From: Hypanus sabinus
Taxonomy: Eukaryota
Direction: 5' to 3'
Assembly (NCBI RefSeq): GCF_030144855.1
Contig: NC_082712.1
Location: forward strand, 146,692,001 to 146,756,000
Length of the DNA: 64,000 nucleotides
Made by a program: the position numbers and the translations under genes. A model generated the notes under the pieces. It did no database searches. It worked only from the letters and a program-made list of their open reading frames with translations, and was not told where the DNA came from. This document shows, piece after piece, positions 24,567 to 37,849 of the stretch. Numbering within the stretch: the stretch's first letter is position 1; each line of letters opens with the position of its first letter.

Positions 24567-24762
24567 CACTGTTCCCTCTAAGCTATGCAGGTGCACAGCT
24601 GCACTGTAACTGAAATGCCCCTGCGCACATAGCCTTTGTTGCTGTGCAGCTGGAATTTTCTTTTACATAATATGCCGCGCAGTTTTCAGGCCATGAAAAT
24701 ATTCCCTGCTCAAGCAATGGTTGGTCTGTGTGGCTGTAACAAAAAAATTAGAGGGAACATTT
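24567..24762. mobile_element. hAT-superfamily MITE (196 bp)
   Basis: 15-bp TIRs cactgttccctctaa / ttagagggaacattt. 8-bp TSD cttgaaag (24559-24566) / cttgagag (24763-24770). Confidence 0.85.
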
Positions 24763-26599
24763 CTTGAGAGCTATTGAGTTGCAAAGCCTGTTGCTTTTAA
24801 TCAATAAGCAAACTTGGAAAGTTTCAGTAAATGGTTGCAAGCCAGCTTGATGCATTGGCCAGGCTGGTATTTAGGTACATGGTGTGGTCTGGCTTAAAAC
24901 GAGCTTCCAAATTTGCAATTACACAAAACTGAGTCCCGTGCTTTGAAATCTATCTTATGCCTAGTTCTCAGTGGTGAACAACAAATATCCTGTAAACAGT
25001 TTTTTTTCCCAACAACTCCTGACCACAATTTTACCTGCTAGCTGGTGTGTACTTTATGTACAAACTGGTATGGTGTTGCCATCATTATATTCATTTCTCC
25101 ATTGATAGGAGCCGATCCAAACACTAATCTCCCATGTTTTCCAACACTGTATTTGGTTGACAGGAAGTTTACTTCTACACGACTAGGCTATCCTGTCAGT
25201 GCCTTCTCCACTGTCCCTATTGAGACCGTACTCTCTGATCTTGCCCATTACTTTGCATTGTAGCCTTGTCAACATCTGACAAAACTTTCTGAATGACAGG
25301 TTGGGTACTTACAAGAAAATCCAGACAGAACTGTGATTGCTCATCTGTGCTGACTTGGGGGATGTGGGACTCTTCTGAAGCCTTCTTGAAGTTGCAGCAT
25401 ATTGATATGGTGGAAGCTCTAGGCTTAAGTTGACCATAATTACCACCAAATTGAATGGCACAGGATATAAAGTGATAGCTAACTCTGTTCCAAATCTAAA
25501 ATTGTTCAGACATAATTCATTTATATTTATAAGTAGCTGTTATAACCCTGTTACTTAATACAAAATCAGCTATACTTAACTGAATGTTTAAAGGACTTTT
25601 GTCGCTGCCAGTTGTTAGCAATTGTCATGTCTGTGTGTGCATGTTTCCCATGTTAATTAATGTGTAATTGTATTCTCTATAGAGGATGTGAAATAGTGTA
25701 AAATAAATGTTTTTTTTAAAAAAAAGATTATGGCTAGAATTTTTTTCCACAAAAGATCGGAAAAACCTGCACAGTCAAAATCATGCCAACTGGGCAGCAA
25801 CCAATTATCTATTTGTTTGGAGAAAATTAACATTGGTCATAACATTGTAGGGTCATTTGGTGCAGTATGCTGCTGTTCTGCTGGCATCCATGCCAGCAAG
25901 TTCTCACAAAGTGTTGGTTTGAATTACTGCTGAAGCCATTCTTCCAAGTGTCAACTTAATTGTAGTAATACTGTAATCAAAAACAGATTAGTTAAAGAGT
26001 CAAAAAAAAATCTCTCCTGCAATCATAAACAATGTGAACATATCTATAAGAAAAATCTATGGTAGATTGAGATCCCAGTCACCCACCACTTGATGCAGGT
26101 CCACCCAGGTTACTATAGGGTTCCTTTCCTGAGGGCTGTTCGCAACCTGAAGAGTTTGCAAGTTGGAAATATGGCTGCTTAAACTTGTATTTAAATAAAA
26201 AGCATAGGCTACCAAAGTTAACATGTGGGTAACCAGGGTTTTAATTCAACCAAATAGATATTACTGTAATCAGAGTTCTCACATAGCAGAAGATGCCTGC
26301 AGCCCTGTCGTAATCCATCCCGCCAGTCTTCCAACTGCTTGTTCACATGTATGGGCTGCAGTTCATCACCTGGAGAGGATTTGAGGTTTCAGTCATTTCC
26401 CCTCAGTATTGGTTGTCTGGAAATGCCAGAAAAATATCATGCAAAGGAGCACTGGTTCACAAGTTTTAAAAATAGGGAAAAAAGACTACATTTGATTTTT
26501 AAAAAAATATGATTTCTAAATGCTTTCCAGCCATGCCTTGGAGGGAGTTAACCTTTTTTTTAACCCTTTCTGCAGGAACTAGGTCTTATGCAGATTGTC

Positions 26600-26970
26600 C
26601 TTCCCCACATTGAAACAGAAAGTGCAGAAATGTTCAGCAGATAAGGCAGCACGTGTATAGGAAGAAGCATTCAGTTCAGCAGGTTTTCTTCAGAATGGGG
26701 GATATTGAAAAAGTAAGCCTGTTTAACTTGTAGAAAAGGGATGGAGAAAACAAATGATATGTATATTTTGCAGAGGAAAATCAAGAAATCTAGATGACAC
26801 AAATGCCGTTGGCTTGTGAGTATGTGCTAATGCTAGCTGATCTCTCTGGATTTGTCATACTTACTTAAGGGCACCAAGAGGATTTGTGTCATTGGATTCT
26901 CTTGATCAGGTTCTTCCCTCACTGATGCTGCCTGCTGACTTTCTCCAACACTTTCTGTCTTTATTTTCAA
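26600..26970. mobile_element. Old inverted pair of Penelope termini
   Basis: acagaaagtgcagaaatgttcagcagataaggcagc at the left is roughly complementary to gctgcctgctgactttctccaacactttctgt at the right. Confidence 0.5.
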
Positions 26971-27469
26971 AATTGTGTTTTTAATCAACACAATGGCACT
27001 GTGACAAAGCTTATACTGCTTTCAAAGTCAAAAGTCAGCATCGTCCTCACCCTTACCTGTGTTAGGATCGGTGAATGGAAGTGCTTCTCAGCTCCACCTT
27101 TCAGATCTGTTGAAAAACCTTGCTATCAAAGGGCAACCTTTGCTGTTTGGCAACGCGCCTTTTGTATTCACATCTGGAAGGTGCGTCTACATTGCATGAC
27201 TCCCAAAAGTCAGGCTTTAGAACAGCTCTTAAAGACACAACACTGGCAGCTTACTGTCAGAGGTGCTGTTGCATGACATATGCATACAGTGTTCTTCAGA
27301 AGCCTGCGCAGGTTCCCATTCCACACCGTGAGGCTTCTGCCTCTCCCATCTATCGAAGTAGCCCACACTTGTTCCTTGGAAACTCAGCTCAGTATCTCAG
27401 AGGGTGCTGGTTGCATTATGGCCCAACTCTTTCAAAAGCTTATTCCTAGGGTCACGGAAAAAAGTTTCT

Positions 27470-27546
27470 AAGGTAGGGACATGTTCGGCACAACTTTGTG
27501 GGCCGAAGAGCCTGTATTGTGCTGCAGGTTTTCTATGTTTCTATGT
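27470..27546 (+). mobile_element. CR1 3' terminal stub
   Basis: ggcacaactttgtgggccgaagagcctgtattgtgctg followed by a (ttctatgt)2 tail. Confidence 0.75.
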
Positions 27547-28582
27547 GTTACTCAGTTAGGAAATTTGGCTTGTAAGGCCTAGTACTTGTCAGGTAGAATA
27601 GGGTGACACAGGGGAGCCCACTGACTATGTCTTGGAACTGGCACATTGTTATTCTTTGGAGCTTTTCAGAACTCCATTTGGGATATTACTGATGCTGTTT
27701 TAATGCTAGTAAAATGGCATAGATGAACTTATAGGCCGTTATCAGTACAACTCATTAAAATGCTAAATGTTTGAACTTGCACTTTTAGTTTACAGTGCAT
27801 TTAGCTGAAGTGTGTGTAATACAAATTCACTGAGTTCATTCCTGGTTCATAAAGAGAAGATGAAATTAGTAGTTTGTGCAATAAAATAAAATAGATGAAA
27901 CCTTGGCTTAACACCAGCCATTTTTGTTGTGACTTTCCCAATTATATACTGATGTTTATATCTCAGGGGCTTGGTAGTCGGATCACTGTATAAGGTGATT
28001 GTTCTTTTTCACGTTTTTGCTTTTCCTGTCTGCTGTGTTGAAGATTTGGACTCTTTGCCAAGGTACAATTCCATGGGCACTATTTCTCTTTGTGTACCCA
28101 CTTGTATTCTGTTAGCAAGCTTTTATTCTTTTGAAGGTACTACTGTGAAGTCCAAAATGATTTCCCGAAGTGTCTGTGTGAATGTAGATTGTTTTTTTCT
28201 CGTTAACCATAGAGTACTCAGCCAGTTATAGCATCTGTATTACCAATCTTGAATGACTAATTTGGAAGATAACAGAAATCAAAACTGAGACTCTGGTTGG
28301 ACACAGAATTTCAGTAACTAGTCCACAGATACTCCCATGTCCAGGCTGCCCCTTGCATTTCTGCTGGAATCCATGTTCCAGGATGCTCTGCAACCACAAG
28401 TGGACAATATGTTTCTTCAAACTGTTAGAGCAGGAATCATCACTGGTTTATATCTCAATAAAGCCAATAGCAGAAGAAACACATTTTCATAGAAAATGTT
28501 GTTTTTTGGAAACAGAACATTTAAGTTTTATTAATAGTTTTGAGAGCGTAAAGTTGCGCTTGTGCTGAAGATAATTTGGATC

Positions 28583-28775
28583 ACACATCGCACTCAAAAT
28601 GCTGTAAGAACTCAAGATCAGGCAGCATTGATGGAAATGAATAAATTGTTGATGTTTTGGGTCTTGGCCTGAAATGTCAACTGTATATTCATTTCCATAG
28701 ATGCAGCCTGACCTGCTGAGTTTCTCCAGCATTTTAGATGTGTTGCTCTGGATTTTCAGCATCTGTAGAATCATT
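28583..28775. mobile_element. Palindromic mini-Penelope (two pLTR ends joined at hammerhead helix II)
   Basis: ~80-bp imperfect arms 28583-28662 / 28665-28742 around gggtc-tt-ggcct. The arm sequence matches the Penelope 3' termini at 2650 and 48940. Confidence 0.8.
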
Positions 28776-29399
28776 TGTGGAGATGATGTGAATCATTTAG
28801 ATCACCCTTAAAAAAAAATCTTCCTTATAGCCCAATTTCTTCCTGAATGGTTCCGTAGATTTTGTCCCACAATCATTGCCGGGAATGGTTCAGTTATTGA
28901 TCATGTTTTGTTCTGAATTTACCCGTTGCCGGCTTTTTAGCCCCTTTACTTAGCTGTCTGAATTTAATTTTATATTGTGCTGAAGATTAAGTCTTCATGG
29001 CATCATAAAGAAACCTTTGAAGTTGGAATCTCTTGATAGGAGTAAGTATGTTATTCGACAGTGCAAAATGTTTCAGAGCCATGCACATTAACATTACACT
29101 TATGTATGTTTTGTAGTCAGAACCATGAGGTATCTTCCATCATGTTGCTGAAAATCCCAACATTTGCAGCTCCAGCTGTTCCTAACCTGTGCTCTTACCC
29201 CACCTTCTGCCAATTTCTGCCATGGACTTGTATAAAATGGCATGGTTTAGTTCAGTTCACTGTTTTAAATTACAAGTCAATGCTACTCTATGGAGCACAT
29301 CGCTCGTCTTGTTCCTTTGCATTTTTACCTGGCTGCTCCTTCCAGCAGCTTCCACTTTGATCACAATAGATTTCTTGGAGTTTTCTGTCATTGAGATAC

Positions 29400-29675
29400 T
29401 GGTGTCTTGTTGGGCTACACAAAAACAGCCTTTGCTGCCACCCCAACCTGTTTCAATATCTTTCCATAGCAACAACTTTTATTTAGTATTTTTCATTTGC
29501 ACTTCATTGTTCACTTCTTGTCCCTTAGCAAACCCATCATCTTGCCTCTCATCCTCATAGAACCTGTTTTGTTCTTTGCTCCACTCTGATCCCTTTCTTG
29601 CCCCCTTAGGTGCTTAAACCTGTTACATCACCCCATTCTGATGAAGGGTCATAGATCTGAAACTTGTTAATACTT
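29400..29675 (+). mobile_element. Old Penelope 3' fragment with hammerhead core
   Basis: Pyrimidine-rich tract followed by ttCTGATGAagggtcatagatctGAAActt at ~29636-29665. Confidence 0.6.
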
Positions 29676-30917
29676 TAATAATTTTAGGAGTAACAGTGAG
29701 GCAGTCAGCACCTCAAGCCTGTTCTGTTAATAGTGGCAGATGTTTGGTCCAGTTGCTGATTGCCCTGAGTTACATTATAAAGCATTTCTTATTTTCAGTT
29801 CAGTAGGAGAGAAGTTTCTCTTTCCGTGCTTTTTTAAAATCCATCAGATGGTTCTGCTCGGCTGAGCACCATTGTTGCAGCTCAAGCTTTGCCAATGTGG
29901 GACAGATGTATGGGAGAGTGCTTGGCAGGCAGTTTTGACATTTCTGAGTCCGTACATGATGGATGCACACTAAACAATTTCTGTAGAGCTCTGTTCAAGT
30001 CTAATTTCGGTACTGTGTGCAATTTCAGAATATGTGCTTTGATCAATTCCAATCATTTACCAGGATGCTTTCTTAAAGCATTCATTCACCTTCATTAAAA
30101 TCAGAGGAATGACAGCCCAAGCTGGTGATACGTGTCCAGCTTAAAAAAAAATCACAATTCAGCAACAGTATTTGCTAAGCTGCACAGAAACAAACAGGGT
30201 AATCACAAAACCAAAATCGTGCACATAATAGAAGCAGCACTGAAGTGTTTGTGCCTGGAATGCAGCCTTTTTAGCTTTCTCAATGAGATTAACCAGTGGC
30301 TTAGGGACAAGTCTACTTTTTCCAGACAGTCCACCAGTATATCCTGTGGTATTGCAGGGGGAGAGCGGAGTCCCAGGCCAGCTTTGTCACTGTTTGTGTG
30401 TGTGTATGTGTGAAGTGTAAGGGAAACGGTTGTACTGTTGGAGCTCTGCCACTTCAGCCTTCTGCTTCTTCAATGACTTTCCTCTCACCGTAAGATCAGA
30501 AGTGGGAATGTTGTCCAAAGATTGCAGAATCTCCCCTCAGCCATTTCCAAGGAAAACTGTCCCATGCATCAGTTTTAGTCAATTTCCATTTGAATTATCA
30601 CAATAGAACCTGTTCTCACCATATATGGAATCAAGTGCATTCCAGCAGTATGCTGCCTAAAATATTTCTCCTCATGTAACTCTCAATTGTCTTCCTCTTA
30701 ATTTCATAAGTATGCACTCTCGTCCTTACCCATCATCCTCTGTGTCTGGACCACTCACTCATTTATATATTTTTGTTAACTCTCCCCTCTGCCATCTCCA
30801 AGGAAAGCTGTCCTATACATTCTAACTTTACTATGCTACCTTATTTCTCATCTGGATCCTCACCAATTCTTTAACATCCTTCCTGTATATTAAAAACTGG
30901 AACCGAACCCATCGTTA

Positions 30918-31280
30918 CAGGCAGTCCCCGGGCTTTGACAAGGTTCCGTTCCTGAGAACTGTTTGTACGGCTGAAATGGACAAATACGGCACGTGGAAGG
31001 GGATCACAGACGCAGCTGGGTCGAGGCACAGGAAGAGTGTCCACCAGCCAGCCTCACTGACTCGGTGAGTGAACGAGTGAAAAAGCTCAGCTTGATCCAG
31101 CCCTCGAATGTTGCAGCTCGGGGGCAGGGAGAGAAAATATGCAGACATCTCTGTTCCTACCTGGTGGAAGATTTATGTGGCTTTCCAGCAGCTGACACAT
31201 CCATCCCCATTCATCCCACCAGTTTCAAAATACTTCCTCAGAGTGTCCATAAGTCATAACCCTAGCAGGGGCTGTCCTTC
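30918..31280. mobile_element. Tigger-like MITE (right TIR degenerate)
   Basis: TA|caggcagtccccggg at the left end and a degenerate tcataaccc...ggggctgtcct at the right end. Confidence 0.55.
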
Positions 31281-31714
31281 ATTTGAAGCCAGACCAGAGT
31301 TTCCAAGTATCACTTCACTTCTTCCCACTTGCAAACTCTCCAGCACTTGCTGCGTTGCAATAATACATGCAAGTAACATCAGTTTCAGTACTGGACATAA
31401 ATATTTTTTGTAGCTGCATGTTCCTGACCTCGTGAGCTTTCAGTGTAGCAGTTTCTACCATTTCATGAAGCCATTCCACTTTAAATTAGCTAGCAGTTCT
31501 TTTGTGCTTCACACCCTTTGATTCTTTGGAATTCAACATAATGAGTCAATAATTTCTTCAAAAGTAAACACCATAAATAAGCCAGTTCAAAAATCTGCAG
31601 ACAAATCATTGCAAATTCCACATTAGAAACTTGAAAGGGAAATGTGATTGTGTACAACTGTGAGATATACATAACATGCCAGCGAGGTTGAGGGTAACAA
31701 CCTTTTGTGCTCAT

Positions 31715-31786
31715 TTAAATTCCTTTGTGCGCTAGCAGCAAAGGTTGTGCGTGCACACACGTGCACATCTTAGAGGGAACATTGAT
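31715..31786. mobile_element. Solo end of an hAT MITE related to 24567-24762
   Basis: Ends in cttagagggaacattg. The upstream gcagcaaaggttgtg resembles the reverse complement of the 24567 element. Confidence 0.65.
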
Positions 31787-31814
31787 CTGCACTGCCACGT
31801 TCAAGGACTTGTGT

Positions 31815-32510
31815 CCAAAGTTCAAAGTACACATATGCCACCATAGGCAACCCTGAGATTCATTTTCTTGAGGCATACTCAATAAATCCAATAACAGCAA
31901 CAGAATTGATGAGAAACTGCACCAACAGGGCATACAAAAGACAATAAACTGCAAATACAATAAGAAAGAAATAACAGTATTGATAATAAAAAATAAGCAA
32001 TAACTATCGAGAATATAACATGAAGAGTCCTTAAGAGTGATGTGGGAACATTTCAATTTTGGGACAAGTTAAGCTGACTGAAGTTATCCCCAGTGGTTCA
32101 AGAGCCTGATGATTGAGGGTCAATAACTGTTCCTAAACCTGGTAATGTGAATCCTAAGACTCCTGTACTTCTTCCTGATGGCAACAGTGACAAGAGGGTG
32201 TAGGGGATCGTTGATGTAGATATACTCAGTGGTGGTGAGGGTTTTACCATTGATGGACAGAACCATATCTACTACTCTCTGTAGGATTTTCTGTTGAAGA
32301 ACATTGGTGCTTTCATACTAGACTATAATGCAGCCAGTCAGTATACTCTCCACCACACATCTATAGAAGTTGGTCAGGGTTTCCGACGTCATGTTGAATC
32401 TTTGCAAATTCCTAAGGCAGTTGAGATGCTGCTGTGCTTCCTTTGTAATTGCATCTACATGCTGGACTCAGGACAAATCCCCTGACATGATAACTGACGA
32501 ATTTAAACCC
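31815..32510 (-). mobile_element. Rex1/Babar LINE 3' fragment
   Basis: caaagttcaaagt tail at ~31816 and minus-strand KKAQQHLN and FYRCVVESILTGCI remnants. Confidence 0.8.
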
Positions 32511-32595
32511 ATACCCCTATAGGTACCTCTATTCCTGCACTCATTTTTAGAATAATATCTTTTATTCTATATTGCCGCACCCTCATTTTTCATAT

Positions 32596-35500
32596 CTGTG
32601 TGCATACTTTTACTGATGCTTCTGGACACATCATCAGTGATGTTCCTGGAATCATCGGGTGTTTCGGGTCTTCCAACATCATACACCCTCCTCCAGGTGA
32701 CCCAGCCGGGGCTGATCAGACCCCAGCTTGTGTCCAGATGGCTAGCTACACATGACTCCATGGCTCCCCTCTCTTGAGCCACAGCCACTTTGAGGCCCTC
32801 TCTGACTCATCGGTGGTACTGCGGAATGCTCTCCTCGTCTCTCTCCCTCGATGCCCAAGTTGCTGAAGGCTCTGGTTAAGGAACGGGCTGCAAATCCCCT
32901 ACATTCAACCTCCACTGGGAGACACCTCGCTCTCCATCCAGCCTGCTGACAGTTGCTGACCAGTCCTGCGTACTTCGATAGCTTCCTTTCAAAGTGATCT
33001 TCCAAGTGATCTTCCCATGGGACCGTCAGCTCCAGCATCACCACCTGCTTCATAGACTCAGACACAAGGACAATGTCTGGTCACAGGGTGGTGGCTGCGA
33101 TATGGTCGGGGAACTTCAGCTGCCGTTCGAGGTCCACCAACAGCTGCCAGTCCCTTGCGGAGGTCAGGATGCCTGCAGATGTTCTTTTGGTGGGTATTGG
33201 CTGCTCCCCAGCTCTGACAAAGGCAATGGCCTGCTTGGAGGGTTGGGACCACTTCGCCCACTCCACTCCTGTGCTGATGGCTTCAGCGATGGTCTTCAGG
33301 ACCTGATCATGCCTCCATTGGTACCGTCCCTCACCAAGTGCCCTTGTGCAGCGGCTGAGGATGTGCTGCAGGGTTCCTCGCTTGGAACACAGTGGGCACG
33401 CTGATGACTCTGCTTTACCCCGTGTGTGCAGGTTTGATGGGCTTGGAAGCACATCGTACAGTGCCTGGATGAGAAATTGGATGCGGTGTGGCTCAGCTTT
33501 CCAAAGCTCAGCCCAGGTCACTTTCCTCTCCACCGCATTCTCCCATCTTGTCCAAGCTTCCTGTTGCTTCATTCCCACCGCCTTGCAGGTTCTCCTCTCC
33601 TCCACTGCTGCTCTCACCTCCTCCTGAACTCGGCGGCACCTTTCCTTCCCTCTGACGGTGTCCATTTGGGGAGTTGGAAAGGACCCTAGCCCAGCTCGGC
33701 CTCGTGTGACCACTCCCACCAACCTCCTGTGACGCAGCCTTTCCTCTGCTTCCTGAACAGCTTCTTCCACCCTCCACTCCCTGCCGGTCCTCACCTGGAT
33801 CCCTGATCTAGCCACCTTCGGATCACTTGAGTCCCTGTACTGTATCACTTCTCTGGCTCTTGTAACTTTGAACTCCTCCTCCAGGGATTTGAAGGGCAGT
33901 TGCAGTTTGTTGTGGTGTCCATAGAGGACGATGCTGCTCAGGCTCCTTGGCAGCCCCAGCCATCTCCTGAGGTGCTTGCTGACCCTCCTCTCTAAGGTTT
34001 CGACTGTTGAGATCAGAACTGCATAGACGAGGAGGGGCCACAGGATTCTGGGAAGAATGCCATGCTGATACACCCAGGCTTTGAACTTCCCAGGTAGGCC
34101 GGACTTGTCCACAGATTTCAGCCAGCCATCCAACTCGGTGCAGGTCGCCTGAATGGATGCTGCGTCCCTTAAAGAGCTGTCAAACACCTTACCTAAGCTC
34201 TTGACTGGCTTTTCTGTGATGGTTGGGATGGCTGTGCCTGCGATGCTGAACCGGAATTTGTTCTCCACCTTCCCTCTCCTCAGCATCATAGATCTTGATT
34301 TGGCTGGTTTGAAACGCACCCGGGCCCACTCCACCAGCTTTTCGAGCTCCTGCAGAATCCACCGGCAGCCGGTGACTGATTCTGTGGTGGCTGTGAGGTC
34401 AGCCATGAATGCCCTGATGGGTGGCTGCCGTTAAGCGGAATTCACTCTGGGCCCTCTGCACTCTGGTTCAGCAGACTGAGTGAGCATGTTCATGGCTAGG
34501 GAGAACAGTGTCACTGAGATGGTGCACCCTGTGATGATGCCAATCTCCAACTAGTGCCAGCTTGATGTAATTGCTCCTGAAGATACCCTCATCCTGAAGT
34601 TGCTGTAATTATCAGCGATAAGGTCTCTGATTCTGCGAGTCAGTGTGAGCTGCACCAGCTTGTGCGGAATGGAGCCATATGCATTTGCCAGGTCGAGCCA
34701 CAGCACTGACAGGTTGCCCTTGGTCTCTCTGGCCTCCCTGATGAGCTGTGTCATCACACCGGTGTGCTCCAGACAGCCTGGCAACCCTGAAATGCCACCC
34801 TTCTGGACCGATGTATCGATACAGGTGTTCTTTGCTAGGTAGGTGCACGGCCGATTGGAAACAGTGCTGAAGAAGATCTTTGCCTCGACACACAGCAGGG
34901 AGATGATACGGAACTGGTCTATCTGGGTGGCGTTTTCCTCCTTCCGGATCCACACCCCTTCAGCCACTCTCCACTGTTCTGGGATCTTCTCCAGAAGACT
35001 CACAGAATCTTCCACGGACGCAACAGGAGTTTGGGGCCGTTCTCGTATACTTTGTACGAGGTGCTGCTTGGTCCTGGAGCCGAGCTTGCCCTTGCTTTGC
35101 AGACGACCTCTCTGACTTGCTTTAGCTGCAGATCTGACATGTCAAACTCCACATCCAGTTCAGGGGGGTCTATCAGGATGTTGCACTCTCCCAACTCCCG
35201 CTGTCTTTCAGGATCACTGTATACCTTCTTCTGATGTTGGTCTGTGTCTTCCTGCGAACAGGCCAATTTCCCACTGCGCTTCTGCCCCAGCAACTCCTCG
35301 GTGAACTTGAAGGGGTTGGCGATAAAGGCAGCACGTTTTCGGGCCCTTTCACGACGCCGTCTCCGTTGCCATTCTGCCCGGCGGAGAACCCTGATCTTCT
35401 TTTGTTGTATGCACATCAGCTGGGCCAAGCCGATGCACTCCTCTTCACCTGCCTCCTTGTACTGGGACTTCAGTGCCTTCATCTCCTGCCTGATGTTGTG

Positions 35501-35848
35501 GATCCTCAACGATCTTTGGTTCTTTGAGTAAGGTGTTCTGGACCCTTTCTTCTCCTCTTCCCCGAACTGTTCAGCTGTGATGCTGACCATGATTCTTGTC
35601 ATGGCTTGCAGCTTCCTATCGACCCCTCCCTTCGCCGTCGCCTCCAGAATTTGGCTGACACCTTCGTCAAACTGTTTCCACAGTGACGTCATGTTAGCTG
35701 CAGGCCATTTGATCTGCCTCCTGTTAGAATTGATGTTAGAAGGATCAATTTGCAACACTTGGAGGTTCCAGGCTCTATGGGGTGACTCCAGGCCTAGCTC
35801 CTCCTTCGCCTCACCAGGTTGGACACCTGCGCGTTGTGCTGCTTCTCA
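32596..35848 (-). mobile_element. RLE-encoding non-LTR retrotransposon (HERO/NeSL group), 5'-truncated
   Basis: Single RT-CCHC-RLE ORF in pieces, clearly more GC-rich than the flanks, ~150-nt 3' UTR. Possible 5-bp TSD catat at 32591-32595 / 35849-35853. Confidence 0.9.
32746..35848 (-). pseudogene. RT + zinc knuckle + restriction-like endonuclease ORF (disrupted)
   Basis: QFRIISLLCVEAKIF, QKGGISG..GCLEH, WLDLANAYGSIPH, GIITGCTIS, AFMADLT (catalytic DD changed to AD), CPLCSKRGTLQHILSRC, WRHDQVL, L*PDIVL...LELTVPWED...KLSKY. Confidence 0.92.
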
Positions 35849-37849
35849 CATATTTATTTCCCATGTTAAGCCTCACCTGCGACATGTCTGCCCAGAAATG
35901 CAATTTGTTATTGAATAATGTGCCATTCAGTGAAATCTCATCTCTCTGTAGGGTTAATAAGGTTTATTAACCCTTATACAGATTTTAATTTTGGTTTTCC
36001 AATTTCCTGTATCTTGTTTTGCACACTGAGGAGCAGAACCTTGGATATGAATTACTCAGCACTGACCAAGGGTCAAAGCAAATACTTAGCCTGTTTGTAA
36101 GTTTAATTGATAGGTTATGGAGCTTTCTTACAGTTAACTACCAAGGAAACCCCTGTAACATATTTGACATTAATTTAACATTACTTTGAAGAATGTTAAT
36201 TAACAAGCCGTCTGGTTTGTTACACACCTCATTTTTAAACAGCGGATGCTGTATACAGGCCAGCAGCACTTTACACCTGCACAATGTTGTCCCTGGTCCA
36301 AAATAACTGGAACGGGCAGATAATTTAAGATCAAACAAAGATCGAAACATCATTGTTCTCAGTGGCTTTGTTTTGTGAACTTGTGGTTGTTTGCATAAAG
36401 TTTAGAACAGAGAAAAGATTACACATTCATGGGATTGACTGAATATTACTTAAGTGTACAGCATCTGTTCATTATTTACTACGATAATGTCATGCATTTC
36501 ACCCTAACTTTTTAAAATATGTGAATAAAAACTGTAGATGTTGGAAAAAAGTCGGTAGGTCGGTGGAAAGAGAAACAGTGTGATAACTGGGAAAGTATAT
36601 TAGTCCAGGTGGTAGGGAAGATGATGAGTGGAACAAAGGGAATGCCTGTTATAGATTGTAGTGATGTAGCCATTGAATGTTAGTGACCTTCATTATGTGT
36701 ATTTACTCAGATTTTATCAGTGTGGGAAGCGCCAACTGCTTGCTTTGCATCAGTGGCACCACTCGACGAGCTTTCTCTTACCAGTCTTCAGGGAGGATGT
36801 AGCCTTCTCAGCAAATTAAACCCCAAACTCTTAGTCATCCTTGACAGATTATTTCCAACTTCTGAAGTACCTAACTGAGGGCAATATATCCGTGACAAAA
36901 TGCACAGGATTAAGACATTTGGCCAGAATGACTGATAGCTCAGTGGCATCGCAGTATTCAGTCAGGTTTACCGCACCTGATTGAATACCAACAGAACCGC
37001 AGGAATCATGGAATGCAATCCAAATTCTGGTTCTTTCCTTGTGTTGTGTTTATATTTTAAGCAACATCACTTAGATCCCAGTCTATCAGTACCCACTTTA
37101 CTGCTCGTAAAAGAAATAACACCAACTGTGATTGAGCTTTGTTTTAATATCCAGTAAGGTAATCCCTGTCCAAATAATGGCATTGGCTATATCCTCCTTT
37201 CTTAGAGAAGGCAAAATAGTTCTACTGATAGACCTATACATATTATCCCCTTTGAATTTTATCTTGTGTGCCAAAAATTATGAAGAAAATAAGGATTCAA
37301 TACTTAAACAGAATTATACCAGATGGTATTATTTTATCAGTTGACTAAGCTTTATACATCAATTTTCTTCCTTTTTTTAAGTTGATGCTCTACTTTGAAG
37401 TTATTTGCATCATAAATAAACCTTTCAAACTATTAGTTGCAACTAAGTCCTGTTGAGAATAATTATCTCTAAGCCATTGAAGAAGCGGTTTTATGGTTCA
37501 AGAGATGAAGAATCACAGAGCGAGCAAGCATGGTCGTGATTCAGACTCGCTGTATCTTAAGATCTTTGGGTTCACCAATACATTTCAAACCACTGGGGCT
37601 TACTGTTATAGCAACAAAAGATATTTGTTTTCATTTTCAAAATGCTTTGTCTATTCAACTGAACACCAAAGCTGTAGATTATAGTGGCTTGTAATCTTCA
37701 AATCTTCAGAGCTGAATATGAACTGTAACAGTAGCCATAATTTAAAGTGACTTTAAAGAACCCATATACAAATATACAATTAGAAATTCCAACGAATGGT
37801 CATTGCCTGAAATATTAATTCTCTTTCTTTCTTTCTCTTTTTCTCTCTC

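Noticed and set aside
32615-32680. GAAAC...CTGATGA on the minus strand of the HERO 3' UTR as a permuted (type II) hammerhead
   Set aside because: I could not form convincing helices I-III around the motifs. It needs covariance analysis before any claim.
32994-35918. Many plus-strand ORFs over the HERO element
   Set aside because: They are antisense shadows of a GC-rich coding sequence.
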